A stretch of DNA of 64,000 nucleotides from an uncultured Acidimicrobiia bacterium (GTDB taxonomy: Bacteria > Actinomycetota > Acidimicrobiia > Acidimicrobiales > Ilumatobacteraceae): NCBI GenBank assembly GCA_963841465.1, contig CAWJCQ010000006.1, forward strand, positions 1,168,770 to 1,232,769, given 5' to 3'. The position numbers and the translations under genes were made by a program. Numbering within the stretch: the stretch's first letter is position 1; every line of letters starts with the position of its first letter. Below are positions 19,913 to 29,759 of this stretch, one piece after another. The notes beneath the pieces were generated by a model, which was given only the letters and a program-made list of their open reading frames with translations, ran no database searches and was not told the origin of the DNA.

Positions 19913-20506
19913 ATGCCCGCCAAGAAGTCCAACGCCAAGCCCGCACCCGCGCGGTTCACCGTCCCCGGCATGTCGACCCGCGAGGGCACCGAGGTCGCGG
20001 CGATCCTCCAGGAGCGCCTCAACGCCCTCACCGACCTCCACCTCACGCTCAAGCACATCCACTGGAATGTGGTCGGGCCGCACTTCATCGCCGTCCACGA
20101 GATGCTTGACCCGCAGGTCGACGCTGTCCGGGCGATGAGCGACGAGACCGCCGAGCGCATCGCCACCCTCGGCGTGTCGCCCGTCGGCACGCCCGGCGCC
20201 CTCGTCGCCGCCCGCACGTGGCACGACTACAGCATCGGCCGGGCCAATGCGATTGAGCACCTCGGCGCCCTTGACGTCGTGTACGCCGGGGTCATCGAGG
20301 GCCACCGCAAGGCGATCGACGCCACCGAGGATCCGGACAAGGTGACGCAGGACATGCTGATCGAGCAGTCGGCGCAGCTGGAGCTGTTCCACTGGTTTGT
20401 CCGCGCCCACCTCGAGAGCTCTGGCGGCGAGCTGTCGACCGCCGGCGAGGAGCACGTGCGCCCGGCGGCGAAGAAGGCCGGGGCCGCCGCCCGGCGCTCC
20501 GGCTGA
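19913..20506 (+). CDS. dps: Dps family DNA-protection/ferritin-like protein
   Basis: LKHIHWNVVGPHFIAVHEMLD and ...DMLIEQ...ELFHWFVRAHLE are classic Dps motifs. Start at ATG 19913 within ORF 19604..20506. Confidence 0.9.
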   Translation: MPAKKSNAKPAPARFTVPGMSTREGTEVAAILQERLNALTDLHLTLKHIHWNVVGPHFIAVHEMLDPQVDAVRAMSDETAERIATLGVSPVGTPGALVAARTWHDYSIGRANAIEHLGALDVVYAGVIEGHRKAIDATEDPDKVTQDMLIEQSAQLELFHWFVRAHLESSGGELSTAGEEHVRPAAKKAGAAARRSG

Positions 20507-20600
20507 GCCGTCTTGCTGGGGCTGATCGGGCCGGAATCAAAGGACAGTTCGAAGTTACCCGTGGGTAGACAAGGAGGTTACCCGCTGGTAACTTGGAGTT

Positions 20601-21815
20601 ATGGCCACCTTCAACGTGATGCTCGACGAGGACCAGCTGCAGATCCAGAAGTGGGTCCACGACTTCGCCGAAGGCGTCGTCCGGCCGGCCGCCCACGAGT
20701 GGGACGAGCGCGAGGAGTTCCCGTGGCCGGTCGTGCAGGAAGCCGCCGAGATCGGGCTGTACAGCGTCGACTTCATGGTCAGCGCCCTCGCCGACCCCTC
20801 CGGGCTCACGCTGCCGGTGACCGTCGAGGAGCTGTTCTGGGGCGACGCCGGGATCGGCATGGCGATCATGGGATCGGGCCTGGCGGCCGTCGGCATCGCC
20901 AGCAACGGCACGCCCGAGCAGGTCATGGAGTGGGCGCCGGAGTGCTACGGCACCGCCGACGACGTCAAGCTCGGCGCGTTCTGCGTCAGCGAGCCCGACG
21001 CCGGTTCCGACGTCTCGTCGTTGCGCACGCGCGCCGTGTACGACGAGGCCACCGACGAGTGGGTGCTCAACGGCACCAAGGCGTGGATCACCAACGGCGG
21101 GATCGCCAACGTCCACGTCGTCGTCGCCGCCGTCGATCCCGCGCTGAAGGGCCGCGGGCAGGCGAGCTTCATCGTCCCGGCGGGAACGAAGGGGCTGAGC
21201 CAGGGCCAGAAGTACAAGAAGCACGGCATTCGGGCCTCCCACACCGCCGAGGTCGTGCTCGACGACGTGCGCGTACCCGGCCGCTGCCTGCTCGGCGGCA
21301 AGGAGAAGCTCGACGCCAAGCTGGCCCGGGCCCGCGAGCGGGGCCATTCCGGCGAGAAGCAGCCGGCGATGTCGACGTTCGAGGCCACCCGTCCCATCGT
21401 CGGCGGCCAGGCCCTCGGCATCGCCCGCGCCGCCTATGAGTTCGCCCTCGACTACGCCAAGGAGCGCAAGGCGTTCGGCCGGCCGATCATCATGAACCAG
21501 GCGATCGCCTTCAAGCTGGCCAACATGATCACCGAGATCGACGCCAGCCGCATGCTGATCTGGCGGGCAGCGTGGCTCGCCCACAACGGCGGCTACCGCA
21601 ACGCCGAGGGCTCGATGAGCAAGTACAAGGCGAGCGAGGTGGCCGTGTGGGTCACCGAGGAGGCGATGCAGATCCTCGGCGGGTACGGCTACACCCGCGA
21701 CTACCCCGTCGAGCGCTGGCACCGCGACGCCAAGATCCACACGATCTTCGAAGGCACGTCCGAGATCCAGCAGCTGGTGATCGCCCGGGCGATATCAGGC
21801 CTGCGTATCGAGTAG
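20601..21815 (+). CDS. acyl-CoA dehydrogenase
   Basis: 404 aa. FCVSEPDAGSDV, WITNGG and the C-terminal IFEGTSEIQ motifs of the ACAD family. Confidence 0.9.
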   Translation: MATFNVMLDEDQLQIQKWVHDFAEGVVRPAAHEWDEREEFPWPVVQEAAEIGLYSVDFMVSALADPSGLTLPVTVEELFWGDAGIGMAIMGSGLAAVGIASNGTPEQVMEWAPECYGTADDVKLGAFCVSEPDAGSDVSSLRTRAVYDEATDEWVLNGTKAWITNGGIANVHVVVAAVDPALKGRGQASFIVPAGTKGLSQGQKYKKHGIRASHTAEVVLDDVRVPGRCLLGGKEKLDAKLARARERGHSGEKQPAMSTFEATRPIVGGQALGIARAAYEFALDYAKERKAFGRPIIMNQAIAFKLANMITEIDASRMLIWRAAWLAHNGGYRNAEGSMSKYKASEVAVWVTEEAMQILGGYGYTRDYPVERWHRDAKIHTIFEGTSEIQQLVIARAISGLRIE

Positions 21816-21913
21816 GCGCTCGAAACGGCGCTACGGCGCAGTATCGAACACCTGACCGGTTTAGGGATGCCATCCCTAACATCTGGGCGAGATCTGGCGT
21901 AGAGCGCTCGCGC

Positions 21914-23021
21914 ATGGCCACCATGCGCGAGCGACGGTCGAACGTGTGGGAGGTGCGCGTCTTCACGGGCACCGGCGCGGATGGTCGGCCGACCCAGCTG
22001 TCGAAGACGGTCCACGGCGGCAAGCGCGAGGCTCAGCGAGTCGCCGCCGAGATGGAGGCCGGTTCGGTACGCGCCGCGCCGGGCGGCCGGTCCGTGAGCG
22101 ACGTGCTCGACGCGTGGGTCGCCCAGAACCTCGACACGTGGGCGCCGTCGTCGGCGCGTGACCAGCAGAGCCGGGTCCGCAGCCTCAAGAAGGACCCGAT
22201 CTCGAAGGTGCCGCTCGCTCGGCTCTCCGTCGGTGACGTCGAGCGCTGGCACACCCGGCTTCGGCAGGCCGGGATGGGCGACGCGGGGGTCAAGAACCAA
22301 CGCGCGGGGTGCTGCGTGCCGCGCTGGCGCAGGCGGTTCGCTGGGGGTGGATCAACCGGAACGTCGCCGGCATGGCGCGGCTGTGCTCGACGAAGCAGAA
22401 GCGCCGCACCGTCATGACGCTCGACGAGGTGCGCGCCGTCATGGCTGCGGCCGAGTCGATCGATCCCGCCGCCGCGCTCGATGCTGCGCATCGCCGCCGT
22501 CTCCGGCGCCCGCCGCGCCGAGCTCGCCGCCCTGCGGTGGGACGACCTCCACGACGGGCTGCTCACGATCGACTCGGCGATCGAGATCGTCTCGAGCGAG
22601 CGAACGCGTACGCCAGCGTCGCGACGCGGCGACCAAGACCGCCAACACCCGCGCCGTGACGCTCGACGCCGGGACCGTCGAGGCGATCGAGCGGCTGCGG
22701 CTTGCAAGGGAGCCCTACGGCCCGTGGATGTTCGGCCTGGGCCCCGAACTCGTCAGCCCCGACCGCATCGGGTGGTGGTGGAAGCGCGCCCGCACGCTCG
22801 CCGGCATCGACGAGCACTGGCGCCTGCACGACCTCCGCCACTGGTCAGCAACGGTGGCGATCGGCCAGGGCCACGACGTCCGCACCGTCGCCGGCCGCCT
22901 GGGCCACGCCAACCCGGCGATGACGCTGCGCGTGTACGCCCACGCCTTCGCCGCCGCCGACCAAGCCGTCGCCGCCGGCCTCGGCGACCTCCTCCGCGAA
23001 CCGCCGACGAGGGAGGCGTAG
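21914..23021 (+). pseudogene. tyrosine recombinase (phage-type integrase) with at least 3 frameshifts
   Basis: The protein text hops between four listed ORFs. (1) SNVWEVRVFTGTGADGRPTQLSKTVHGGKREAQ... (2) LRAALAQAVRWGWINRNVA... (3) LRIAAVSGARRAELAALRWDDL... (4) HDLRHWSATVAIGQGHDVRTVAGRLGHANPAMTLRVYAH (the R..H.LRH..Y catalytic region). Confidence 0.8.
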
Positions 23022-23411
23022 AACGGTGGCAGGCGACCATGCCGTATCCGCGGTGCGGCGCTTCTCCGACGGTCTCCGGGCCGCCCAGAGGGGACGCTCG
23101 AGGAGACGTGTTAGCGGACGCGCGCCGATCCTCATCTGCCGGCTTGCAGGAGCTGCACGGCCTACCGAGCCGTCGGACGCGCACAGGCTTGCAGCCTGAT
23201 CTGCCACATAGACATTCCGAGCCAAGCGTCGCCGGACGAGTCCGGAGATCACCGCTCGCTCGTTTCGCCCTTCGATCCCGGCTACCGGCACGAACCCCAT
23301 GCTGCGGCTCCAGATCGTTGGGAGGCCTCGACCTGCTCCGCTTGAGGACGTCGACTGAAAGATGTTCGAGGAGCTGTCGCTTTCGAGGGATCTGGATCCA
23401 CCTGTACGGTT

Positions 23412-23588
23412 ATGAACTCGGAAAGGGATGCTCGCGACGTGCTGGTCTTCGTTGCGCTTCTGTCGATCCTGACGGGCTCCGTGTCTGTCTACTCGTCAAC
23501 AGCCGTTGCGTTCTGGAACAGCTCGTTGACGACGGCCGTCTCGCTGCTGGCGATCTACACGTTCGTTGCGGACAGCGACCGCCGGTGA
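23412..23588 (+). CDS. small hypothetical membrane protein (58 aa, two hydrophobic segments)
   Basis: My own translation: MNSERDARDVLVFVALLSILTGSVSVYSSTAVAFWNSSLTTAVSLLAIYTFVADSDRR. Below the ORF-track size cut-off. Lies in a locally lower-GC patch. Confidence 0.3.
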   Translation: MNSERDARDVLVFVALLSILTGSVSVYSSTAVAFWNSSLTTAVSLLAIYTFVADSDRR

Positions 23589-23611
23589 ACGCAGGGCGTA
23601 GCCAACAATCA

Positions 23612-24508
23612 TTGCGGTCTGAGCTGACGAAGCGACTGGCTTGGGCCCTCTGCGGTTTCGACGTGGAGCGGTGGGTCACTGTCGTCGGTGAGGTCGTCGA
23701 TGGGTACCAAGTCAGATCCGGGGACCTCAGCGGGGACCTCCTCAGTCGTCGCAGGTCACTGGAGCGAGTAGCCGCGGACGCGCTCGTGAGAGAATTGGTC
23801 GTCGGGGGCCACCGCGAGCATTCAGCAGTCGCCGTTCGCGCCGCCGTCGAGAAGGCGGTGGGACGGCACCGCGTGGAAGAACGGCTGCGCGCCGAGATTC
23901 GGCCGCTCGTCAGGGAAGAGTCCCGACGACTAGCCGAGGGCTGGACTGCGCCCGAGTTCGAGACCGCTTTACAGCGATCTGCCCACGACGCTCTTCGAAC
24001 GCTCGTACGACGGGCTCCCGCCAGTGATTTGAGCGTTGAGGCCGTTGCCCCGGACCTCCGAACGGCGATGAGCGCGGAGAGGCAGCGACTGGAGGCCAAG
24101 GTTGCGCGTCTCGTTCAGGAGCACATCCGACTCGCGGAGGTTACGGGTGAGGCTCCCGATTCGAACTCGCTGACGGACCTACGTGGCGCAGCCGAGGCAG
24201 CGCTTGAGGACGCAGCTCGCCACTACGTCTTGCGGTATCCACATGGGAGTTGGAGAACGACGTTCGCGCCGGTCGCTATCAGTCGGATCCGTCGGCAGCT
24301 ACGGGCCAGGGGCTGGTACGTCGAATCCACTCTGTGGGACGGTGTGGCCGCCGCAAACATCGGGACCCACACGCGACGTGGTCGTAACGCAGCGGCGGAG
24401 ATTGCGGACCGGCGAGAGCTACGTCGAGCCGATGGAGGCGCTGATAGGCGACTACGACTGGCAGGCCCACCGCGTGGCCAAGTAGTGGCAAGAAGGGCAC
24501 AGCGATGA
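23612..24508 (+). CDS. hypothetical protein (helical, Arg/Glu/Ala-rich); start (TTG 23612 or GTG 23663) and C-terminus uncertain
   Basis: This is the distal part of the 675-aa ORF 22481..24508; its upstream part is antisense or overlapping noise over the integrase relic. No recognisable motif. Confidence 0.3.
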   Translation: MRSELTKRLAWALCGFDVERWVTVVGEVVDGYQVRSGDLSGDLLSRRRSLERVAADALVRELVVGGHREHSAVAVRAAVEKAVGRHRVEERLRAEIRPLVREESRRLAEGWTAPEFETALQRSAHDALRTLVRRAPASDLSVEAVAPDLRTAMSAERQRLEAKVARLVQEHIRLAEVTGEAPDSNSLTDLRGAAEAALEDAARHYVLRYPHGSWRTTFAPVAISRIRRQLRARGWYVESTLWDGVAAANIGTHTRRGRNAAAEIADRRELRRADGGADRRLRLAGPPRGQVVARRAQR

Positions 24509-24527
24509 GCATGGTCTCGCGGAAGGA

Positions 24528-25100
24528 GTGGTGAGCGGCGACGACCTCCTGCAAGTTGGGCGGTTGGCAATTCTGGAGGCTGCCCGAACGTACGAAGCTG
24601 AGCGAGGAGACTTCGGGGCGTACGCGTTCGCCGCGATTCGCAACGCAGTGAAGAAGGAAGTCGCCAACCTAGAGAACTCGGCATACCGGCTGCCTTCCAA
24701 GATCGCCGATCAAGCTCGCCGCGCCGAGCAGGTGCTTCCTGGCCTCCGAAACGATCGCGAGAGGCGGCTCGTCGCGCTACGAACAGCCGCGCAGAGCCTC
24801 GATGCCTCAGAGGGCGAGTTCGCACCGACCCGTGCCGTTGTGAGCGAAGCCTCGGTGCCGTTCCGGTACCTGTTCGCCCGGGCCGCCTCGGCCGCTGGGC
24901 TCACCGACGACGAGTTCGCCACGTTCGAGGAGACGTTCGGCGGCCTGCTAGATACGGACGGCGACGCTTCTCGAAGATCGACCCCCGAAGTCGCTCGTAG
25001 GTTGGGTCCTTCGCAGCGCACCGTTCAACGTCGGCTGAGGCGAGCGCTTACCAGACTCCGTCCGATTCTCCAGCCTGGCGAGAGGATCACATCGACCTGA
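24528..25100 (+). CDS. sigma-70-family-like protein (region 2 and region 4 only), possibly 5'-truncated by an in-frame TAG
   Basis: DDLLQVGRLAILEAARTYEAERGDFGAYAFAAIRNAVKKEV resembles region 2.1-2.3. PEVARRLGPSQRTVQRRLRRALTRLR resembles the region 4.2 HTH. In the same frame upstream, MEALIGDYDWQAHRVAK ends at TAG 24483-24485. Confidence 0.55.
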   Translation: MVSGDDLLQVGRLAILEAARTYEAERGDFGAYAFAAIRNAVKKEVANLENSAYRLPSKIADQARRAEQVLPGLRNDRERRLVALRTAAQSLDASEGEFAPTRAVVSEASVPFRYLFARAASAAGLTDDEFATFEETFGGLLDTDGDASRRSTPEVARRLGPSQRTVQRRLRRALTRLRPILQPGERITST

Positions 25101-25332
25101 TCAAGGTTGGCGCACAGCGCAGCCTTCGAGTCGGGCGGCGGCGCGCCGACGCCGAACGCCCGCTGCGTGTGCGCGATGCACTCGCCAACTGCAGCCACAG
25201 CATCTGTGCGTTACCGCCGGGTCGACGGTGTGCGTTGCGGTCGGCCAACGCTCCTGGCGGAGGTGTGTCCGCTCGAGCGGGCTGGGCGTCGCCGTAGACT
25301 GATCGGCGGTGAGCAGGGTCCGTACTTTGACG

Positions 25333-25479
25333 ATGGCGGAACTTGCGGAGGACCTGCGTCCGCCGACCGACAACGACGTGCCGATGACGCTCGACTGGGA
25401 GCCGCTGGACACTCGGGAGAAGCTGCTCGGGTTTCTCGAGGAGATCAATCGTCGGCGCGAGACCGCCGATGGGGTCTGA
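25333..25479 (+). CDS. small acidic ORF (48 aa) overlapping the downstream nucleotidyltransferase start; candidate antitoxin-like partner
   Basis: My own translation: MAELAEDLRPPTDNDVPMTLDWEPLDTREKLLGFLEEINRRRETADGV. It overlaps the ATG of the next gene (25469) by 11 nt. Confidence 0.3.
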   Translation: MAELAEDLRPPTDNDVPMTLDWEPLDTREKLLGFLEEINRRRETADGV

Positions 25480-26002
25480 CCCGCCGTCGTTCAATCTCGA
25501 ACACATCCTGAGAACCTTCGAACGAAACGGCGTCGAGTACGTCTTGGTCGGCGGTCTCGGTGCTCGAGCCCACGGCGCCAACCGTCCAACCGAAGACGTC
25601 GACTTCGTGCCTCGCTCGACCCCGGACAATCTCAGTCGCCTCGCAGCCGCGCCACGCGAGCTGGGTGCTCGTCTCCGGGTCGGCGGCATGTCCGACGACG
25701 AGGCCCGCCGGCTTCCCGTCGTCATCGACGGGGCGACATTGGCAGCGTTCGGCAGCTCCACATGGCTGACCGATGCCGGGCCGATTGATGTCCTGCATGA
25801 CCTTCCCACGAACGCGGGCCGACTCGGCTACGAAGCGCTGCTGTCGACCGCCACGACCGCCCACGTCGAAGGCCTTGTCCTGCAGGTTGCCGCGCTGTCC
25901 GAGATCATCGCGAGCAAGCGGCACGCCGATCGCCCCAAAGACCGAGAGGCGCTGCCGGAGCTCGAAGAGCTCGAAGAGCGCACCCATCGAGACACGACCT
26001 GA
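25469..26002 (+). CDS. nucleotidyltransferase-fold protein (MNT/DUF6036-like)
   Basis: 177 aa. VLVGGLGARAHGANRPTEDVDFV matches the GG...G-x-D-x-D minimal NTase pattern. C-terminal helical part IIASKRHADRPKDREAL. Confidence 0.55.
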   Translation: MGSDPPSFNLEHILRTFERNGVEYVLVGGLGARAHGANRPTEDVDFVPRSTPDNLSRLAAAPRELGARLRVGGMSDDEARRLPVVIDGATLAAFGSSTWLTDAGPIDVLHDLPTNAGRLGYEALLSTATTAHVEGLVLQVAALSEIIASKRHADRPKDREALPELEELEERTHRDTT

Positions 26003-26349
26003 CTCGACGGCCCGATACCACCAACGCATGAGCAGCCCGGGCGCGCGGCGGCGACCGCGGCTCGCTGGACCGGCGTCCGCGACTGGATCGCGTCGCCGTG
26101 GGAGCTCGTACAGCTCGCGCCGAGCGCGGCGGTCCTTGTCGCGATCGGTGAACTCCTAGCTCGCGATGCCGTGCTCGAGGGCGCTGGATCGTCCGCGCTA
26201 TTGACGTCGTTCTGCCCGACCTCGCCGACGCGACGTCGACCGGCTCGAGCTCGGCTCTGCCCGACCGATCCCGAACCCGACTCGTCGGATCCAGGACTGA
26301 TGCCGGGTGTGCCGTGGACTGGTTACCGTTTCGCCCGTGCCGCTGTGGC

Positions 26350-27800
26350 GATTGTAGCTCGACTACCACCGCCGCGACGCCCGACGGCCGTTGGTACGCA
26401 CTCGACGCCCGCTACCTGAAGCGGCAGCAACGGATGCTCGGCGGTCTCTACCAATCGGTGCTGCGCGCCGAGCTCAGCCACCGACTCGGTGTGGAGTGGC
26501 GGCCGATCGTCAACGGTCAAGCGGAGATCGCCGGCATCCCCGACGAGCTCCTCGCCGTGTTCTCGAAGCGCACCGCCGACATCGACACCGCGCTCGCCGA
26601 CAAGCTCGACGACTTCCGCCACCGCGAAGGTCGTGAGCCGTCGCGGTGGGAACGCGCCGCGCTGACCCGTGAAGCATCCGCTGACACACGGTCCCGCAAG
26701 TCCGGTCACGGCGCCGCCGGTCTGACGACACAGTGGCAGACCGAGGCTGCCGCCGCCGGCTGGACCGTCGACCTGCTCACCGCCAGCATCGACGAGGCCG
26801 CCGCAGGCGCGGCTCCACCGGAGGTCGTTCACCGTGCCGGACGTCATCGACGCCGTGTCACAACAACGGTCGTCGTGGACACGGGCCGACGTGCTGCAGG
26901 CGATCTGCGACGTCCAACGCCCCGTGTCCAAGCTTTCGGGACACGGGTGGGCCGCCACGTTGGAACGAGCCGCCGACCGCGTCGTCGGCCAGCTCGTCGA
27001 TCTCGACCCGACCGGCGAGACGTCTCGCCGGTCGTCGGACGGCCGCTCGGTGTGGATCGAACCGACCGCACCCCGGTTCACGTCCGACCCGGTGCTCGCT
27101 CAGGAGGAAGCGATCGTGACGTGGGCGACGGCGGCCCAAGCCGACCCTCCCGCACCGTCCACCACCGTGAACCGGGACAGGCTCGACACATTGCAGGGCG
27201 ACGCTGCTGCCGCCGTCGCCGGCAACGATCGCCTCGTCCTCGTGGTCGGCCCGGCCGGCGCCGCCGAGACCCGCATGCTCACCGCCGCCGCGCAGGACCT
27301 GCGCGCCCACGGACGGGCAGTGTTCGCAGTCGCACCGACGGCGAAGGCCGCCCGCACGATCGCGCGCGACACCGGCATCCCGGCCGACACGGTCACCAAG
27401 CTGCTCCACGAGTGGCACCGCAGCGACCGGCCACCGCTCACCGAGTTCCAGCTGCCGGTCGGCTCCACGCTGATCCTCGACGAGCCGGCACGCTCTCTAC
27501 GCCAGCGCTCCACCAGATCGTGTCGCTCGCCGACCGCAACGGGTGGCGACTCGCGCTCGTCGGCGACCCGAGACAGCTCCAAGGCGTCGGCCGCAGCGGG
27601 ATGCTCGCCGAGCTCTGCGCCAACGGCCGCGTCGACCAACTCGAACGCCTACACCGATTCAGCCATGAATGGGAAGCGGACGCATCCCTGAAGCTGCGAC
27701 GCGGTGACCCTGGCGCCCTCGACGCCTACGAGACCCACCGCCGGATCGTTGCCGGCACCCTCGACGAGAACCTCTGTCGCCTCGCCGCCATCTGGGTCGA
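26350..27800 (+). pseudogene. MobF/TrwC-type conjugative relaxase-helicase relic (N-terminally truncated, at least 2 frameshifts)
   Basis: DGRWYALDARYL...LGGLYQSVLRAELSHRLGVEW (TrwC relaxase core). After a frame change, VLVVGPAGAAETRML (degenerate Walker A) and TLILDE. After another, LVGDPRQLQGVGRSGML (RecD-like helicase motifs). Confidence 0.75.
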
Positions 27801-28053
27801 CCGTGACGAACCGGCCGAAGCCCTCCTCGGCGGGGCCGGCATCATCCGCCTGGCCACCCAGCTCCCGAACCTGTTGGGCGGCGGCCGCGATGGTCGTCGA
27901 CATGGAAGTAGCTCACGATCTGCCGGGCGTCGTCGCCGCGGTGCAGCCCGGCTCGTCCTTCTGCCGTGCGGATCACTGCGCCACCCTCACCCATGGACTC
28001 GAACGTCCACCCCACGGCGCGTGTCAACCTTTTCGAGGCAGATCTCTTGAGAA

Positions 28054-29064
28054 TCACTGTGTCGTGGCGTCCTCCTTCGGCTCGTTGATCCACACCGCGG
28101 TGGGCAGCGCCGGCGGTTGCGGTGGCTTGCGGACGAAGCGTTCGGGGTGTGCGGCGTAGGCGTCGTTGAGCACGACAGCACGCTGCTCGCGAATGAACTC
28201 GGCTCGCCCGTAGTGGACGTCGGCGGGGGTGTGGAACCCGATGCCGGAGTGCCGGTGCTCGTCGTTGTACCAGTTGAAGAACCGGCTGCAGAAGGCGTGA
28301 GCGTCCTGGAAGCAGCCGAAGCGGTCGGGGAACTCGGGCCGGTACTTGAGCGTGCGGAACTGGCTCTCGCTGAACGGGTTGTCGTTGCTCACGTGCGGCC
28401 GGCTGTGGCTCTTGGTGACGCCGAGGTCGGCGAGCAAGAAGGCGACGGGCTTGGCCACCATCGGCGAACCACGGTCGGCGTGAATCGTGAGCTGACCATG
28501 CTCGATCCCTTGCTTGGCGACGGTGTCGGCGAGCAGCGCTTCGGCGAGGCGGGCGTTCTCGGCGTGGGCGAGCATCCAGCCCGGCACGTAGCGGCTGAAG
28601 ATGTCGAGGATCACGTACAGGTAGTAGTACGTCCACTTCTGCGGGCCGAGCAGCTTGGTGATGTCCCACGAGTAGACCTCGTTCGGGTTGGCGGCCAGCA
28701 GCTCGGGCTTTTTGGCCGCTGGATGGGTGGCCTGGCGGCGACGCTCGCGGACCTCGTCGTGCTCGCGCAACACCCGGTACATCGTCGGCACCGAGGCCAG
28801 GTAGACGCCCTGATCCAACAGCTTGGCGTAGACGGTGGCGGGCGCCTCATCGACGTGGTCCTCGCTGTTTAGCACCGCCCGCAGCTCCTTGCGCTCGAGT
28901 TCGCTGAGCGCCCGAGGCTGCGGTGTGGGCATCCGCTCGGGCTTCGGGGCCGGGGGGCTCTGGCGGTGCCGGCGATACCAGCGGGCCTGGGCCTCGCCGA
29001 TCGCCGCGCAGGCGTCGCGCACGCCCACCAGCGGTGCGAGCTCGGTGATCGCCTGATCGATCAT
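28054..29064 (-). CDS. IS3-family transposase OrfB (rve/DDE integrase domain)
   Basis: 336 aa. YSWDITKL..., [34 protein letters not shown] motifs of the DDE(35)E integrase core. Confidence 0.9.
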   Translation of the reverse strand: MIDQAITELAPLVGVRDACAAIGEAQARWYRRHRQSPPAPKPERMPTPQPRALSELERKELRAVLNSEDHVDEAPATVYAKLLDQGVYLASVPTMYRVLREHDEVRERRRQATHPAAKKPELLAANPNEVYSWDITKLLGPQKWTYYYLYVILDIFSRYVPGWMLAHAENARLAEALLADTVAKQGIEHGQLTIHADRGSPMVAKPVAFLLADLGVTKSHSRPHVSNDNPFSESQFRTLKYRPEFPDRFGCFQDAHAFCSRFFNWYNDEHRHSGIGFHTPADVHYGRAEFIREQRAVVLNDAYAAHPERFVRKPPQPPALPTAVWINEPKEDATTQ

Positions 29065-29513
29065 CTCGTCTCGCCCCGATCCGTCGGGGCGCTGTCGGTG
29101 GCGAGATCGTCCAACAGCGCCGAGAGCTTTCCCTGGACCTCGATGATCTTGCGGGCCTTGTCCAGCTCGCCGGCCAGCCGCTCGTTCTCACGACGCAACC
29201 GGGCCACCTCGCGATCACGAGGATCGGCCGGCTGGCGGCCGGCGGGCTTGGCCAACGCCGCCAGCGCGCCACGGTCGCGCTGGCGGCGCCACTCCGAGAT
29301 CAGCGACGTGTACAGGCCCTCGCGCCGCAACAGCGCGCCCTTGCCCGCCTTGTCGAGGCGCTCGTACTCATCGAGAACCTGGGCCTTGTACTTCGCCGAG
29401 TACCGACGCGGGCCACGGGCCCGCTCGGGGACCTCGGGATCCGGATCGTTCGTGTCGTCCACGGCGCCAGCCTGGGCGCGCGCGCTCGAAGAATCGTGGA
29501 TGATCGTGCTCAT
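29061..29513 (-). CDS. IS3-family transposase OrfA (HTH plus leucine-zipper)
   Basis: 150 aa. [13 protein letters not shown]...[18 protein letters not shown]. Stop overlaps the orfB start (ATGA). Confidence 0.85.
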   Translation of the reverse strand: MSTIIHDSSSARAQAGAVDDTNDPDPEVPERARGPRRYSAKYKAQVLDEYERLDKAGKGALLRREGLYTSLISEWRRQRDRGALAALAKPAGRQPADPRDREVARLRRENERLAGELDKARKIIEVQGKLSALLDDLATDSAPTDRGETR

Positions 29514-29759
29514 TCGGGGAACTCCTCCCCACCCTCTCAGCTCAATGAATCGACTGCTCGATCCGCCTCACCCGAGGTTGACACAGAGGGCCAGAAGGGC
29601 CCGGCAACTCGCCGGTCATCAGATCCTCCTGCTCGGTGTCGCTCACACACTCCATCGTCCGCAGACCGAACGAACCCACAGAACCCGACCGCGTACCGTA
29701 CGGACGCTGCACGGATCAGAACTTCGGCGGTCGGTCCGGGAGCGCGGAGAGGCGCCGCA

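Larger units (their letters stand above)
28021..29584 (-). mobile_element. IS3-family insertion sequence (about 1.56 kb)
   Basis: Terminal inverted repeats GTGTCAACCT at 28021-28030 and AGGTTGACAC at 29575-29584, enclosing the orfA/orfB pair. No clean target duplication seen. Confidence 0.75.

Noticed and set aside
21816-21900. Possible tRNA or att repeat at the left island edge (GCGCTCG...TCGAAC...CTGACCGG loosely resembles the tRNA-Arg fragment)
   Set aside because: I could not build a cloverleaf. The similarity to 55456-55497 is patchy short words only, and the central palindrome has a 1-nt loop that is incompatible with an anticodon arm.
22481-24508. 675-aa ORF that looks like one large gene
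   Set aside because: Its first half overlaps the frameshifted integrase and a low-complexity intergenic stretch. Only the distal ~280 codons look protein-like, so it is reported as a shorter hypothetical gene.
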